This document shows, in pieces, positions 21,514 to 30,024 of a DNA stretch of 35,009 nt. The stretch is from Pedosphaera sp. (GTDB lineage Bacteria > Verrucomicrobiota > Verrucomicrobiia > Limisphaerales > SIBH01). The notes below the pieces were generated by a model. It ran no database searches and was not told the origin of the DNA. It worked only from the letters and a program-made list of their open reading frames with translations. Numbering within the stretch: position 1 is the stretch's first letter; every line of letters starts with the position of its first letter. Position numbers and translations under genes: made by a program. The DNA is taken from NCBI GenBank assembly GCA_031414955.1, contig JANOQV010000300.1, positions 1 to 35,009 of the forward strand. The letters are read 5' to 3'.

Positions 21514-22581
21514 ATGGCATTGTCAATCATTGTCGGCCCAGAGCAACCGCGAGGCAGCGGCCCACGGAACATTCCGACGCCTCCCCCAACCGCTACTGCT
21601 CCCCCCGTGGTATGTCCCACCCGCTTCGCTGACCCGTTCGACCAACGCATCCTCGATTACGCCAGAGAACGAGTCGGCTTCGCGGTGAAAAGTTGGACGA
21701 TGGTAAACGCCATCACGAACAGCTTGAAGCCGTCGTCCGAGGCAGAGCGACGGCGAATCGTAAAGGCGCTGCTGCAACGGCTCAAGTCGCTGCTGCACAG
21801 CAGGGTCGTTCGCCGCGCTGGTCGCTACCACGTTTTCCTGCACGTCGAAGGGCAGCCCGCGCCATTGTCGCCGTTCACGCGCAACATCCCGCGCAGGAGA
21901 CGGCGAGTTCGACGGAAGCAAGTGTTGCGGCAGGGTGCTGCTTCACTGGCAACAGCACACCTTCCGACCTCGGCGTCCGCGTCGCCGTCCCAAGCGTCCC
22001 AGTTGAGCAATTCCGCTTCTGCTCAGAGCTTTACTGCGTCTCCACCCGCGAACACGGCAATCAACGAATTATCGAAAACCAAAAGCGCACAGGCTCCCGG
22101 TCTGGAAGTTCAAGCTGGGCCGACTTTGGAGCGACCGGCTGCCAAAGGTGCTGGGCTGGCAGCGGGAATCAAGCAGCGCATCGCGTCATTTCAAGCCGGG
22201 GCGAAACTGGCCCGGCACAGGCAGCAAGCACCGAAGAAGTGGACTGGCTATGTGCATCGTCAGAGGTGCTGGCGTGGTAGGCGCGTCTTCGTGGCTGGTG
22301 TAATCGGCGGCGAACTCCTGCTTGCGCGGCGCGGAGTGGTCTATGTCTTTGCCGACGAACCAGTCACCATTACCGGTGGCCAGTATTGGAAACTGAAAGA
22401 GCATCAGGTTGTCCTGAGCAAGCTGCCGGAGGCCGTCCTTTTGGGCGCACAAAAGCGCGGGAAGAAGGAGCGTCCCAGCGAACGCAAGGCCGAGGCGTGC
22501 AGGCGCAATGGCGCATGTCCTGTGCGTCCCGGTTCACGACCTCGTGGACGGCCACGGACAGCGGCGTCAGGTGGGAGATGA
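21514..22581 (+). CDS. Basic hypothetical protein, possibly DNA-binding (AT-hook-like RPRGRPR tail)
   Basis: Long open frame, start uncertain (ATG 21514 chosen). Helical N-terminal region, low-complexity middle, C-terminal KAEACRRNG..PGSRPRGRPR. Confidence 0.55.
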   Translation: MALSIIVGPEQPRGSGPRNIPTPPPTATAPPVVCPTRFADPFDQRILDYARERVGFAVKSWTMVNAITNSLKPSSEAERRRIVKALLQRLKSLLHSRVVRRAGRYHVFLHVEGQPAPLSPFTRNIPRRRRRVRRKQVLRQGAASLATAHLPTSASASPSQASQLSNSASAQSFTASPPANTAINELSKTKSAQAPGLEVQAGPTLERPAAKGAGLAAGIKQRIASFQAGAKLARHRQQAPKKWTGYVHRQRCWRGRRVFVAGVIGGELLLARRGVVYVFADEPVTITGGQYWKLKEHQVVLSKLPEAVLLGAQKRGKKERPSERKAEACRRNGACPVRPGSRPRGRPRTAASGGR

Positions 22582-23004
22582 TTCCTGGGGTGGAACCGTC
22601 CGAAATGCCAAGCCTCGGTATCCCCGGACGTAACGACCATCCTTGGCTTTGATGGAGCACGAAGTCCTTGAGTTGAACAGGCGGAGCATCATGGGCGGCA
22701 GCATCCGGCGCACTTGGCTGACGGAGATTTGAATCCCCTCATCCGCCAAAATCCCGGACAGTGCCTCCGCCAGTGCCGCAGCACCGATGCTTTCCTTGCC
22801 CTGGGACAAGTTCGCGAGCAGTTCATGTTCAACGCGCAGTTCAAGTTCAGTCCCGACCTCCGTGGTGACGTGTGGCTGGGACGCGGCACCGAGGTCGCAG
22901 GCTACGGACTCAAGCTGTCCCGCGACCTGCGTGAGTGCGTCGATGACGGCCTCTGCGGTGGACGCCGGGACGATTGAGTGTTCCATTCGTAGTGTCGTAT
23001 TCAT
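22567..23004 (-). CDS. Hypothetical protein resembling the C-terminal winged-helix of the upstream primase-helicase
   Basis: C-terminal SIGAAAL..VRRMLPPMMLRLFNSRTSCSIKAKDGRYVRGYRGL parallels the primase tail SITVTE..FGRYIEEAVLQAHGTTVRNDILRRKTDGDKEQKGWMGL. Confidence 0.6.
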   Translation of the reverse strand: MNTTLRMEHSIVPASTAEAVIDALTQVAGQLESVACDLGAASQPHVTTEVGTELELRVEHELLANLSQGKESIGAAALAEALSGILADEGIQISVSQVRRMLPPMMLRLFNSRTSCSIKAKDGRYVRGYRGLAFRTVPPQESSPT

Positions 23005-23083
23005 TTTGCTTAACTACAGGCGATGACTCGAAGTTCCTGAACATCCCGTTCCGCATCCCCAACCCACCCAGCCTCCCTGCCGC

Positions 23084-23198
23084 CGGAAACTTCGGATGCT
23101 TCCTCCTGACTCCGGTTTTCCGGGACACCGAACAACGTCCCGGTCGCATTGGTCGGCGCGAAATTGGACATGGGAGAAATGTTTCCGAAGTTTCCGAC
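23084..23198. promoter_or_regulatory. Putative replication origin (iteron-like direct and inverted repeats)
   Basis: GTTTCCGAA GTTTCCGAC tandem at 23181-23198. CGGAAACTTCGGA (23084-23096) is the exact reverse complement of TCCGAAGTTTCCG (23184-23196). Lies directly downstream of the primase-helicase stop. Confidence 0.5.
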
Positions 23199-23201
23199 AT
23201 C

Positions 23202-26200
23202 TCAAGGAGCCTCCCCCTCCAACTCTGCGGGAGCGAACTTTGGGTCTGCCGCAGCACGTAACCCCATCCAACCTTTTTGTTCCTTATCGCCGTCAGTTTT
23301 GCGGCGTAAAATATCGTTCCTGACCGTTGTTCCATGCGCTTGGAGCACAGCTTCCTCGATGTATCTGCCAAACTGCGTCCGGGTGAGCGGCTGCCAGTCC
23401 CTTGCTGCGCAGAAATCGACGTAGTAATCGTAGGACTCCGTGACGGTGATTGATGCGCCCTTGCACGGAACCAATCCCTCCTGTGCGAATGCCATGTAGC
23501 TGGTGCTTTCGGCCAGCAGCGCATCACGAGCAAGTTCCTGAGCAGGCGTGAGGTGGATTTTCCATCCGTCCGCCCGGAGCTTGTCCATACCGTCAAGCAT
23601 CCAGTTCAGGATACCTGGCCCCTCATCTCGCAACAATTCGGCGCTGAGGTCAGGCCGGACATCGGCCTCGTCCAAAGTTTCGGACTTAAACTCAATGTAG
23701 ATAAGCCGCCGCTGCCATGCGCGAACATCGCCCTCGACCTTGACCCGGAGCTTGTTGTTGGCGCAGACCAGCACGGGCAAACTCAACTGCTGGCTGGGAC
23801 GTTCGTTCGCCCCCTTGAACTCAAAGTTGGTCTGGTCACCACCCGTGATGGCCTTGAGGACGTTGGCCCCTCGACAACTCAAAAAGTCCGCAGCAGCGTC
23901 GCCGTCGAAAGCCAGCACCTTTCCGTGCAAAGCAGAAAGTTCAAACCGTTCATAGAGTTTGTTGGCTCGGATATAGCCCACATTGCTTGCTCCGATGATG
24001 CCAATGATGATGCGAGCAAGAGCGCCTTTCCCGTCACCACCTTGCCCCTTGAGGATGAGGAGCTTTTGTGACCAGTTCTTACCGGTCAAGATTTGGCCGC
24101 AATACCTTTGGATGACATCAATGTCCTCATCGCTCAGGCCGCGCTTGAGCAAAGTGTTGATGAACTGCGGGCGCTTGGCGTGCGGGTCGAAAGCAACAGC
24201 GAGTTTTGACCGGCGGCGATACGAGGGTGAAAAGGGCAGCAGTTTCCTGTCGCTGAGGCGCAGCATCCCATTCTGGCAGGCCACAAGCTCACGGCCATCG
24301 CGCTCGAAGTAACTGGTGTCAACCTCCGACCATCCCTTGCACCGCGCAACAATGTCGCGCAGCACTTTTTTGCTCCGAAAATGAAACATGATTGGAGTGG
24401 TGTCGCACACCGCTCCGCACTCAATCGCGCATAACCGCAGGATGTCGCTCAGGTAAGTTTCGACCACCGCATCGCTGGCCCTCTCGAATACCCCAATCTC
24501 TGGCCGGTAGGCGTAAAACGATTTCTCGGCCCGGACGAACACCATCGGCGCATCCGGGTTCGCTGGCTCGCTCATCACGTTCGAGATGAAGTCTTCATTG
24601 AGTCCTGCGACATAGATTTCACCGTCCTTGGGCTGCTCCAACCGGAATGCAGGGCCATGTCGGGAGGCCAGTGTCGGGAACCGTCGCGCCATCCAGATGG
24701 TCGGCAGCACAGGTTGGGGTTTGGAGTCGCTCACAACATTCGTGGTGGTGGAAGAAACATCAATTACGGTGGGGTTATCGCCGGGCGCGGCTGCGGCTGC
24801 CGCAGGCGAGATTTCGAGTTCGGCGTCCGCCTCGATGGCAGAGTATTCTTCGAGTGCGTTGAAGACGCGCTTCATGCCCACCAGTTCCCAGATTTCGCGC
24901 CTGTGCTCGGCATCACCTTGATGCGCCGCGCAGCCATAGCGACCATCAACACGAATCGACAGATGCACGCCCTTCTTGTCCTTGCCATCCTCCGCGCACG
25001 CTGGGCACCGTGCTTGCCAGCCATCCTTTCGCCTTACGACGCATTCCAGCTTATTGAAGTCCAGCCTGACCACGCCATCACCGGCCTGCGCCTCGCCCCC
25101 CGACTCTTTCCGGGCCTCAGCTTCCTTGAGCCGAAAGCCATCCGGCCAAACCAACTCATCAATCCTCATCTCGACCGGGACAACCTCTTCAAGCTCGTAT
25201 TCCTTACCGCATGGGTGAAGTCCTGACAGGATGGTAATGAGCGCACAGCGAAGCTCACCACATGCTTCGCCCGCTGCGTTCACGATTTTCCGCACCGAGC
25301 GGTCGAAGTCGCCGAGGACACGGATTACGAACACACCCCCTCGACTTCCACGTCGGCGTGTGGTCTGCCTCAGTTTTGGATTCTTGAGCTGCAACTGCTC
25401 GTAGCATTCCTCCGTGTCGCCATCAATGGTGACGTAGTTCCCCGCCCCGTTGAGCATGGCGATGTTGGAGTTGTCCAACCGCTCCAAATAGCTGGCATCC
25501 TGCATCGCTTCGCCGTCCGTTGTTAGATACCCCTTCTGCAACAAGTCCTTGCTGCCATACCCCACGGGCACGAGGACGGCCTCCGAGCCGAGCACGTTCA
25601 TAAGCCTTGCTGCGCGGCCTTGCTCCGGCTTCTTACTCCCTGAAAGCAGGAAAGCACTATTGGCCTCCGCGAAGCTATCCAGCCGATGTGGCATAGGGGG
25701 CCATGTCAGTGGAAGCACACGAAACCAACGGCGAAAGCGGCTGGGGTCGAACGGGCTGGAGTCGCAGAACTCAACCTCAACAGCACCATGACTGTTTCGG
25801 GTCAGGAGCAAGTCACAGCCTGATTGCGTGGACAACAAGCTCTCGATACGGGGATGGAGGCGCTCAAGCGCGGTGCCGTTTAACTGCAAATAGGCCATGT
25901 GCTGGCGATGGTCAGGCACGGCTACGCCATTGCGCTCACGGACGACGGCCTGCCACACCCAGTAACACTGTGGTTTATGCCCGCTGTCGCAGACGGCACA
26001 TGACCCTCCACCGCCCAGAACGCGGCAGGTATTTCGCGGACACGACACTGAGAACGGCCCAAACCAGTGATGCGTGGCGAGGCGAACCACGCAGGAAAAC
26101 TTTCCGCTATCGCTCTCGTATTGTGCGGGAAGGAGACGCACGCGGACGACATCACCTTCCGTCACAATCACTCGCGGCGGCTTTGGCTCCACGCCCGCAG

Positions 26201-26441
26201 CGAGTGCGTCAGCCCAGTGGCTTTGGGATAGCACGTCCAACTTCTCAATCGGGAGCACATCGCAGGCGTCATCGCCGCAAAACAGCCCAAGAGGTTCTGC
26301 CGCCATGAACGAGGATTCATCCTCGTCCACGCCGTTGACGAAATCAGTTTTCTGTGGCTGACTATCGTCAGCCGCTTTTCTGGCGGTAATCTCTGCCCCG
26401 TTTGCGCTGGCAGGCGCGGCGGGGCTTTTTTTAGTTGTCAT
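23202..26441 (-). CDS. Multidomain replication protein: gp32-like Zn-SSB + Prim-Pol + Zn ribbon + D5/P4-type SF3 helicase + wHTH, 1079 aa
   Basis: ATG 26441 with AAGGA RBS. Prim-Pol-like LVPVGYGSK..NIAML..VTIDGD..GELR..SGLHPCGKEY; WQARCPAC..YGC; D5_N ACQNGML..LLPFSP; Walker A GQGGDGKG, LKAITGGD, VCANN, AWQRRL, EGPGILNW. Confidence 0.85.
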   Translation of the reverse strand: MTTKKSPAAPASANGAEITARKAADDSQPQKTDFVNGVDEDESSFMAAEPLGLFCGDDACDVLPIEKLDVLSQSHWADALAAGVEPKPPRVIVTEGDVVRVRLLPAQYESDSGKFSCVVRLATHHWFGPFSVSCPRNTCRVLGGGGSCAVCDSGHKPQCYWVWQAVVRERNGVAVPDHRQHMAYLQLNGTALERLHPRIESLLSTQSGCDLLLTRNSHGAVEVEFCDSSPFDPSRFRRWFRVLPLTWPPMPHRLDSFAEANSAFLLSGSKKPEQGRAARLMNVLGSEAVLVPVGYGSKDLLQKGYLTTDGEAMQDASYLERLDNSNIAMLNGAGNYVTIDGDTEECYEQLQLKNPKLRQTTRRRGSRGGVFVIRVLGDFDRSVRKIVNAAGEACGELRCALITILSGLHPCGKEYELEEVVPVEMRIDELVWPDGFRLKEAEARKESGGEAQAGDGVVRLDFNKLECVVRRKDGWQARCPACAEDGKDKKGVHLSIRVDGRYGCAAHQGDAEHRREIWELVGMKRVFNALEEYSAIEADAELEISPAAAAAAPGDNPTVIDVSSTTTNVVSDSKPQPVLPTIWMARRFPTLASRHGPAFRLEQPKDGEIYVAGLNEDFISNVMSEPANPDAPMVFVRAEKSFYAYRPEIGVFERASDAVVETYLSDILRLCAIECGAVCDTTPIMFHFRSKKVLRDIVARCKGWSEVDTSYFERDGRELVACQNGMLRLSDRKLLPFSPSYRRRSKLAVAFDPHAKRPQFINTLLKRGLSDEDIDVIQRYCGQILTGKNWSQKLLILKGQGGDGKGALARIIIGIIGASNVGYIRANKLYERFELSALHGKVLAFDGDAAADFLSCRGANVLKAITGGDQTNFEFKGANERPSQQLSLPVLVCANNKLRVKVEGDVRAWQRRLIYIEFKSETLDEADVRPDLSAELLRDEGPGILNWMLDGMDKLRADGWKIHLTPAQELARDALLAESTSYMAFAQEGLVPCKGASITVTESYDYYVDFCAARDWQPLTRTQFGRYIEEAVLQAHGTTVRNDILRRKTDGDKEQKGWMGLRAAADPKFAPAELEGEAP

Positions 26442-26558
26442 GGTTTTCCTTCTGTTCTCATCAGCTTGTTTCTGCCGGTGCCGGGCACTCACCTTGGCCT
26501 TCGGCTGACCGGCAACGGCCTTCGAGGTTTGATGTGGTGTCTACCGTATGGCGCGAAA

Positions 26559-27023
26559 TCAAATCATCGCGCTGCCCCAATCGACTTCATCTAACAGTTC
26601 TGCGAACTCCGGCCATTGTGCCGAGACTTGGCATCTGACCTCATCGAGAACCTGCTGGCAGCGGCGGAAGAGAACAGGCTTCGAGCTAGACCACGGCAGC
26701 TTTGACACTTTGACGGTTGCCTCGGCGAGCTTGGGCCGGGGTTGGGATGACGGTTCATCGTCATAGTCGGGACAATCCATCTCTTCGATTTGCCCAACTA
26801 CGTCTTCAAGTGCTTCGGCTATCTGCTGCACGGCGTCACCTGCCTCTTGCAGTTCGTCATGGCGCATTGAACCTTGAAGGTTTTCCGGGAGGTTGTCTGC
26901 GGCATTGGAGTATCCCTCGCTGATGACGGAGAGTGCATGGCAGACTTCTTCAAGTGCAGCTTTGACGCTGGGTAGCGCGTTCTTCCCGTCTGAGGGTTTT
27001 GTGTTTTTGGTTATTTTATTCAT
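26559..27023 (-). CDS. Phage-type helical hypothetical protein
   Basis: ATG 27023. 'ADNLPENLQGSMRHDELQEA' resembles the DNMPExLQxS motif of small phage proteins. Confidence 0.65.
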   Translation of the reverse strand: MNKITKNTKPSDGKNALPSVKAALEEVCHALSVISEGYSNAADNLPENLQGSMRHDELQEAGDAVQQIAEALEDVVGQIEEMDCPDYDDEPSSQPRPKLAEATVKVSKLPWSSSKPVLFRRCQQVLDEVRCQVSAQWPEFAELLDEVDWGSAMI

Positions 27024-27173
27024 GGTCGTGGTCACGCCCGCGTTTCATTGGTTACAGGGCGCAGACGGGCGCTGCACTCGGTAGAATTGTATTGTTGGTG
27101 CGCTTGGGAATGGCGGTATTCGACAAGACAGCAATTCTGTTTTGGTGATGGCTAGTTTGCGCTACAGAGGTCA

Positions 27174-27479
27174 TCAAACTTGCGACGAAACCTCCGCCTC
27201 ACTCTTTTCACTCCGGCTCCGACGCAGGGCTTTCGTTACGTCGTCCAACCACTTGCGGTCTTGGCTGAGGCGTTCAAGTTCCGATGTGGAGAAGTATTTG
27301 ACGGTGTTCTTCGCTCCGCCGCCAAGGGGGCGAAGGAGTTTTTTCCGAACCAGAATCGGAATATCGTGACCCTGCACCCCGACAAACGCCGCTGATTCCT
27401 CCGCGTTCAATCGGGCCGGAAGACGGCGTAGGTTCAGCAAGGACTCATATCCACGGTCATTGAGAGTAATGCGCTTCAT
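27174..27479 (-). CDS. Excisionase/AlpA-like helix-turn-helix DNA-binding protein
   Basis: LPARLNAEESAAFVGVQGHDIPILVRKKLLRPLG..VKYFSTSELE has the MerR/Xis-type HTH-plus-wing pattern. Position between att and primase fits. Confidence 0.7.
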   Translation of the reverse strand: MKRITLNDRGYESLLNLRRLPARLNAEESAAFVGVQGHDIPILVRKKLLRPLGGGAKNTVKYFSTSELERLSQDRKWLDDVTKALRRSRSEKSEAEVSSQV

Positions 27480-27526
27480 GTGCCCTGCGTTTTATCACAG
27501 GGCTTGAGGGCTACGAGCGAATGCCG

Positions 27527-27559
27527 TTCCCCAAGATGTCACTCAGACATCTTGGGGAA
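27527..27559. promoter_or_regulatory. Perfect 14-bp inverted repeat (operator or hairpin)
   Basis: TTCCCCAAGATGTC-ACTCA-GACATCTTGGGGAA, spanning the stop of the 27543 ORF, upstream of the Xis-like gene. Confidence 0.6.
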
Positions 27560-28421
27560 GCCGAGAGTGGTAACTCTCAAATGATTTCCAGACGCTCTCC
27601 TTGATGCGCGAAATCATGTCGTCGCGCTGCATGTTTGGCGTCAGTTCTGGCATCCCGCGCCTTGTCGGGTTCTTTTTGCTGGCCGACTTCCCGATGGTGG
27701 ACATGAGTAGGTCTTTATGAGGCTGGCCGTCCGTTGCGACCAGAAGGCGTCGCCAGCCAATCTCAAACCAGAGTGGCAGGGTCAGTCGGGTCAAATCGGG
27801 GAGGCAGAGCTTCTCGTGGTTTTCCTTGAGCCAGACTGCGAGGGAGATGGCTACCTTCGTCGCACTTGAACTAGCCTTCCACTGTCCTCCGTGGATGCAG
27901 TCCCGGCCTAGTTCGAGATTCTTGAGCATTTGCTTAACGGCGTTCTGTATGAATACCTTTTTGCTCCATGTAACCGGCCATCCCGAAGTGTGCCGGGCCG
28001 TTGGTCGGAGCAGGTGCGGGCGATGCCTTCCTAAACCGGTCAGGTAGGTCGTGGCCCAAATCGCAATCTCGGCTAGTGCTTCCGCTGCGGCTTGGTCGCC
28101 GCGCATGGCTTGACCGTAGAACGCCTCAACCGCATAGCTGGCGAAAGCTTTGGTATTTTCCAACTGGCGAGGATTCAAGCATTCGGCTGCGTTGACCTCG
28201 GTGGGCTTGGATTCAGGGGGCTTAGTCAGCGTGACCATTTGAAGCCGCGAGCACCCCTTGGAAAACAGGTGCTCGCCACATGTAGGACACAAGGACGACA
28301 GGGAGGAAGGATTAGCAGTGGTAAACGCTGCTGGGCGGCTGGTTATGATGGTGAACGCACCGCGACAGTTGGCGCAGGTGAGCTTGAGATGCGTGACACT
28401 TCGCTTCTTCTTGACGGCCAT
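27543..28421 (-). CDS. Hypothetical protein with N-terminal Zn ribbon
   Basis: ATG 28421 MAVKKKRS; CANC...CPTC; helical C-terminal region. Confidence 0.65.
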   Translation of the reverse strand: MAVKKKRSVTHLKLTCANCRGAFTIITSRPAAFTTANPSSLSSLCPTCGEHLFSKGCSRLQMVTLTKPPESKPTEVNAAECLNPRQLENTKAFASYAVEAFYGQAMRGDQAAAEALAEIAIWATTYLTGLGRHRPHLLRPTARHTSGWPVTWSKKVFIQNAVKQMLKNLELGRDCIHGGQWKASSSATKVAISLAVWLKENHEKLCLPDLTRLTLPLWFEIGWRRLLVATDGQPHKDLLMSTIGKSASKKNPTRRGMPELTPNMQRDDMISRIKESVWKSFESYHSRLPQDV

Positions 28422-28459
28422 GCGTGAGAGGTTAGCCGCGCCGAGATGTGCGGCCAAGT

Positions 28460-28481
28460 CACTTCCAGCGCACTTCCAGCG
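28460..28481. repeat. Tandem 11-bp direct repeat, candidate integrase arm-type sites
   Basis: CACTTCCAGCG twice, about 95 bp left of the att core. Confidence 0.5.
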
Positions 28482-28574
28482 ATTGCATATCCCTGCAATA
28501 CCCCACGGCTGACGAAGAGTGTTGAAATCTCAGCAAAACCCTGTAAAACAAGGGCGGAACAGAGGCGAAGATGG

Positions 28575-28596
28575 TCGATTCCGACCCTCGCCTCCA
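28575..28596 (+). other. att site: 3' fragment of a tRNA gene, most likely tRNA-Cys
   Basis: TCGATT (T-loop) + CCGAC (T-stem 3' strand) + CCTCGCC (acceptor 3' strand) + T discriminator + CCA. An ending of GCC-U-CCA is typical of tRNA-Cys. No 5' half upstream; integrase gene 185 bp downstream. Confidence 0.75.
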
Positions 28597-28616
28597 CCCA
28601 ACTTCGTTGGGGTTTT
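28597..28616 (+). terminator. Hairpin directly after the tRNA-like CCA (weak intrinsic terminator)
   Basis: CCCAAC-TTC-GTTGGG followed by GTTTT. Confidence 0.4.
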
Positions 28617-28781
28617 GGAGCGAATCTGCGGAAAATTGAGGGAAAAAGCCGCGAGTTCCAGTGGATCCTTCAGTGAAAATGGCAGCTCCGCCACTTTTTC
28701 GGACTGCTCCTTCACTCCCTTCCACAGCTCGCTAACCTTTTCTTTCGCAGGTGATTCACGCTGCAACCAATGCAGGTGGAA

Positions 28782-29819
28782 ATGAATCAGCGATACCGAC
28801 TTTTCAAACGGTCGTGGGGCACGTTCTACGTCGAGGACATCGAGACAGGCAAACAGGACAGCCTCGAAACCAAGGACAAGAAAGAGGCCCAGCGTCTCTT
28901 TCACGCCAAGAACGAAACGGCCCATCTTCCCGCGTTCAACCTGAAGATGGCACGCGTGTATTTGCAAGCTGCAGACCCCAAGGCCATCACTCGAACTTGG
29001 CAATACGTCATGGACGAAATCCTTCGGATGAAACAAGGAGACACACATCGTCGCTGGCTTGTGGAAACGAAACGTCAAGCCTACGACCCCATTCGCAACA
29101 AGCTCCTGGTTGAGACGCAAGCGGAACACTTCCTTCTGGTGCTTGCCGACCACAAGGTCTCTACCAACGTCTATTTGCGCCGGCTGCACAACTTCGCCTT
29201 GGACATGAACTGGCTCGGATGCACGGTCATCCCCAAGCGTCAGTGGCCACCAGTCGAGTATGGGGAAAAGCGCGCCATCACCCTCGAAGAACATCAGAAG
29301 GTGGTCGAACGAGAATTGAACCCGGAGCGGAAGCACTTCTACGAGCTCCTCTGGCAACTGGGTGCATCACAGTCCGATCTGGCGCATCTCGATGCCAAAG
29401 ACGTTGACTGGGTTGACCGCACCATCACGTATCACCGGATGAAAACGGGGTCGCTGGCGCAACTGCACTTCGGCGAGTTGGTGGTAAAGATCTTGGAGGA
29501 ACTTCCTCGAACCGGCCCTCTGTTCCCCTACCTCATCACCGTTCGCCCCTGCGACCGGGCCACGGAATTCAAGCAGCGTTGCGTGGGTTTGGGCATCAAG
29601 GGTGTGACGCTGCATTCGTATCGGTATGCTTGGGCTGAACGGGCAAAGACTTGCGGCTATCCAGAACGGTTTGCTCAGCAGGCTCTCGGACACAACAGCA
29701 AGGCCGTGCATCGGGCCTACGCCAAAAAGGCTATCGTGAAGATTCCGTCACTGGAGCAATACGAGACTGCTCACGAGCAAAAGAAACTGGTGCCGGTGCA
29801 GTTCGTGGTAAACAGCTGA
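28782..29819 (+). CDS. Tyrosine recombinase / phage-type integrase
   Basis: AGGTGG RBS before ATG 28782. Arm-binding-like N-terminus (YRLFKR..TFYVED..SLETKDKKEA); RMKTG, TLHSYRY, LGHNSKAVHRAY; adjacent to att. Confidence 0.88.
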   Translation: MNQRYRLFKRSWGTFYVEDIETGKQDSLETKDKKEAQRLFHAKNETAHLPAFNLKMARVYLQAADPKAITRTWQYVMDEILRMKQGDTHRRWLVETKRQAYDPIRNKLLVETQAEHFLLVLADHKVSTNVYLRRLHNFALDMNWLGCTVIPKRQWPPVEYGEKRAITLEEHQKVVERELNPERKHFYELLWQLGASQSDLAHLDAKDVDWVDRTITYHRMKTGSLAQLHFGELVVKILEELPRTGPLFPYLITVRPCDRATEFKQRCVGLGIKGVTLHSYRYAWAERAKTCGYPERFAQQALGHNSKAVHRAYAKKAIVKIPSLEQYETAHEQKKLVPVQFVVNS

Positions 29820-29844
29820 AGGCCGCACGCGTTGGCCTTTCTTT
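29819..29844 (+). terminator. Possible intrinsic terminator after the integrase
   Basis: AAGGCC-GCACGCGTT-GGCCTT followed by TCTTT. Confidence 0.35.
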
Positions 29845-30024
29845 CCCCTCATTGATTTGAGGCGTTGTGGAGCGTGCTGGCTCACCCAATCAGTAACTTG
29901 CTTTGTCTTCCGCTCGACAATAGCCTTGATTGAACTCTGTGCGAACTTCGAAAATGCTCACCGTCGACGTTGTGCTGCTGACAGCGGTGCGCGATGAGTT
30001 TTGTGCAAAAACAGAATCACTTAG

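Noticed and set aside
21329..21526. 65-aa minus-strand ORF upstream of the OLD gene
   Set aside because: No motif or clear RBS; likely part of a divergent promoter region.
28520..28600. Intact tRNA gene or tmRNA 3' end
   Set aside because: No 5' acceptor strand (GGCGAGG), D arm or 5' T-stem at the right spacing. tmRNA would end CTCCACCA, whereas this reads CTCCACCC; the stem arithmetic fits a tRNA-Cys fragment.
28530..29357. 275-aa minus-strand ORF crossing att
   Set aside because: Antisense shadow of the integrase.
21514..29819. Complete prophage
   Set aside because: No terminase, capsid, tail or lysis genes in the window; content fits a satellite-like or integrative element.
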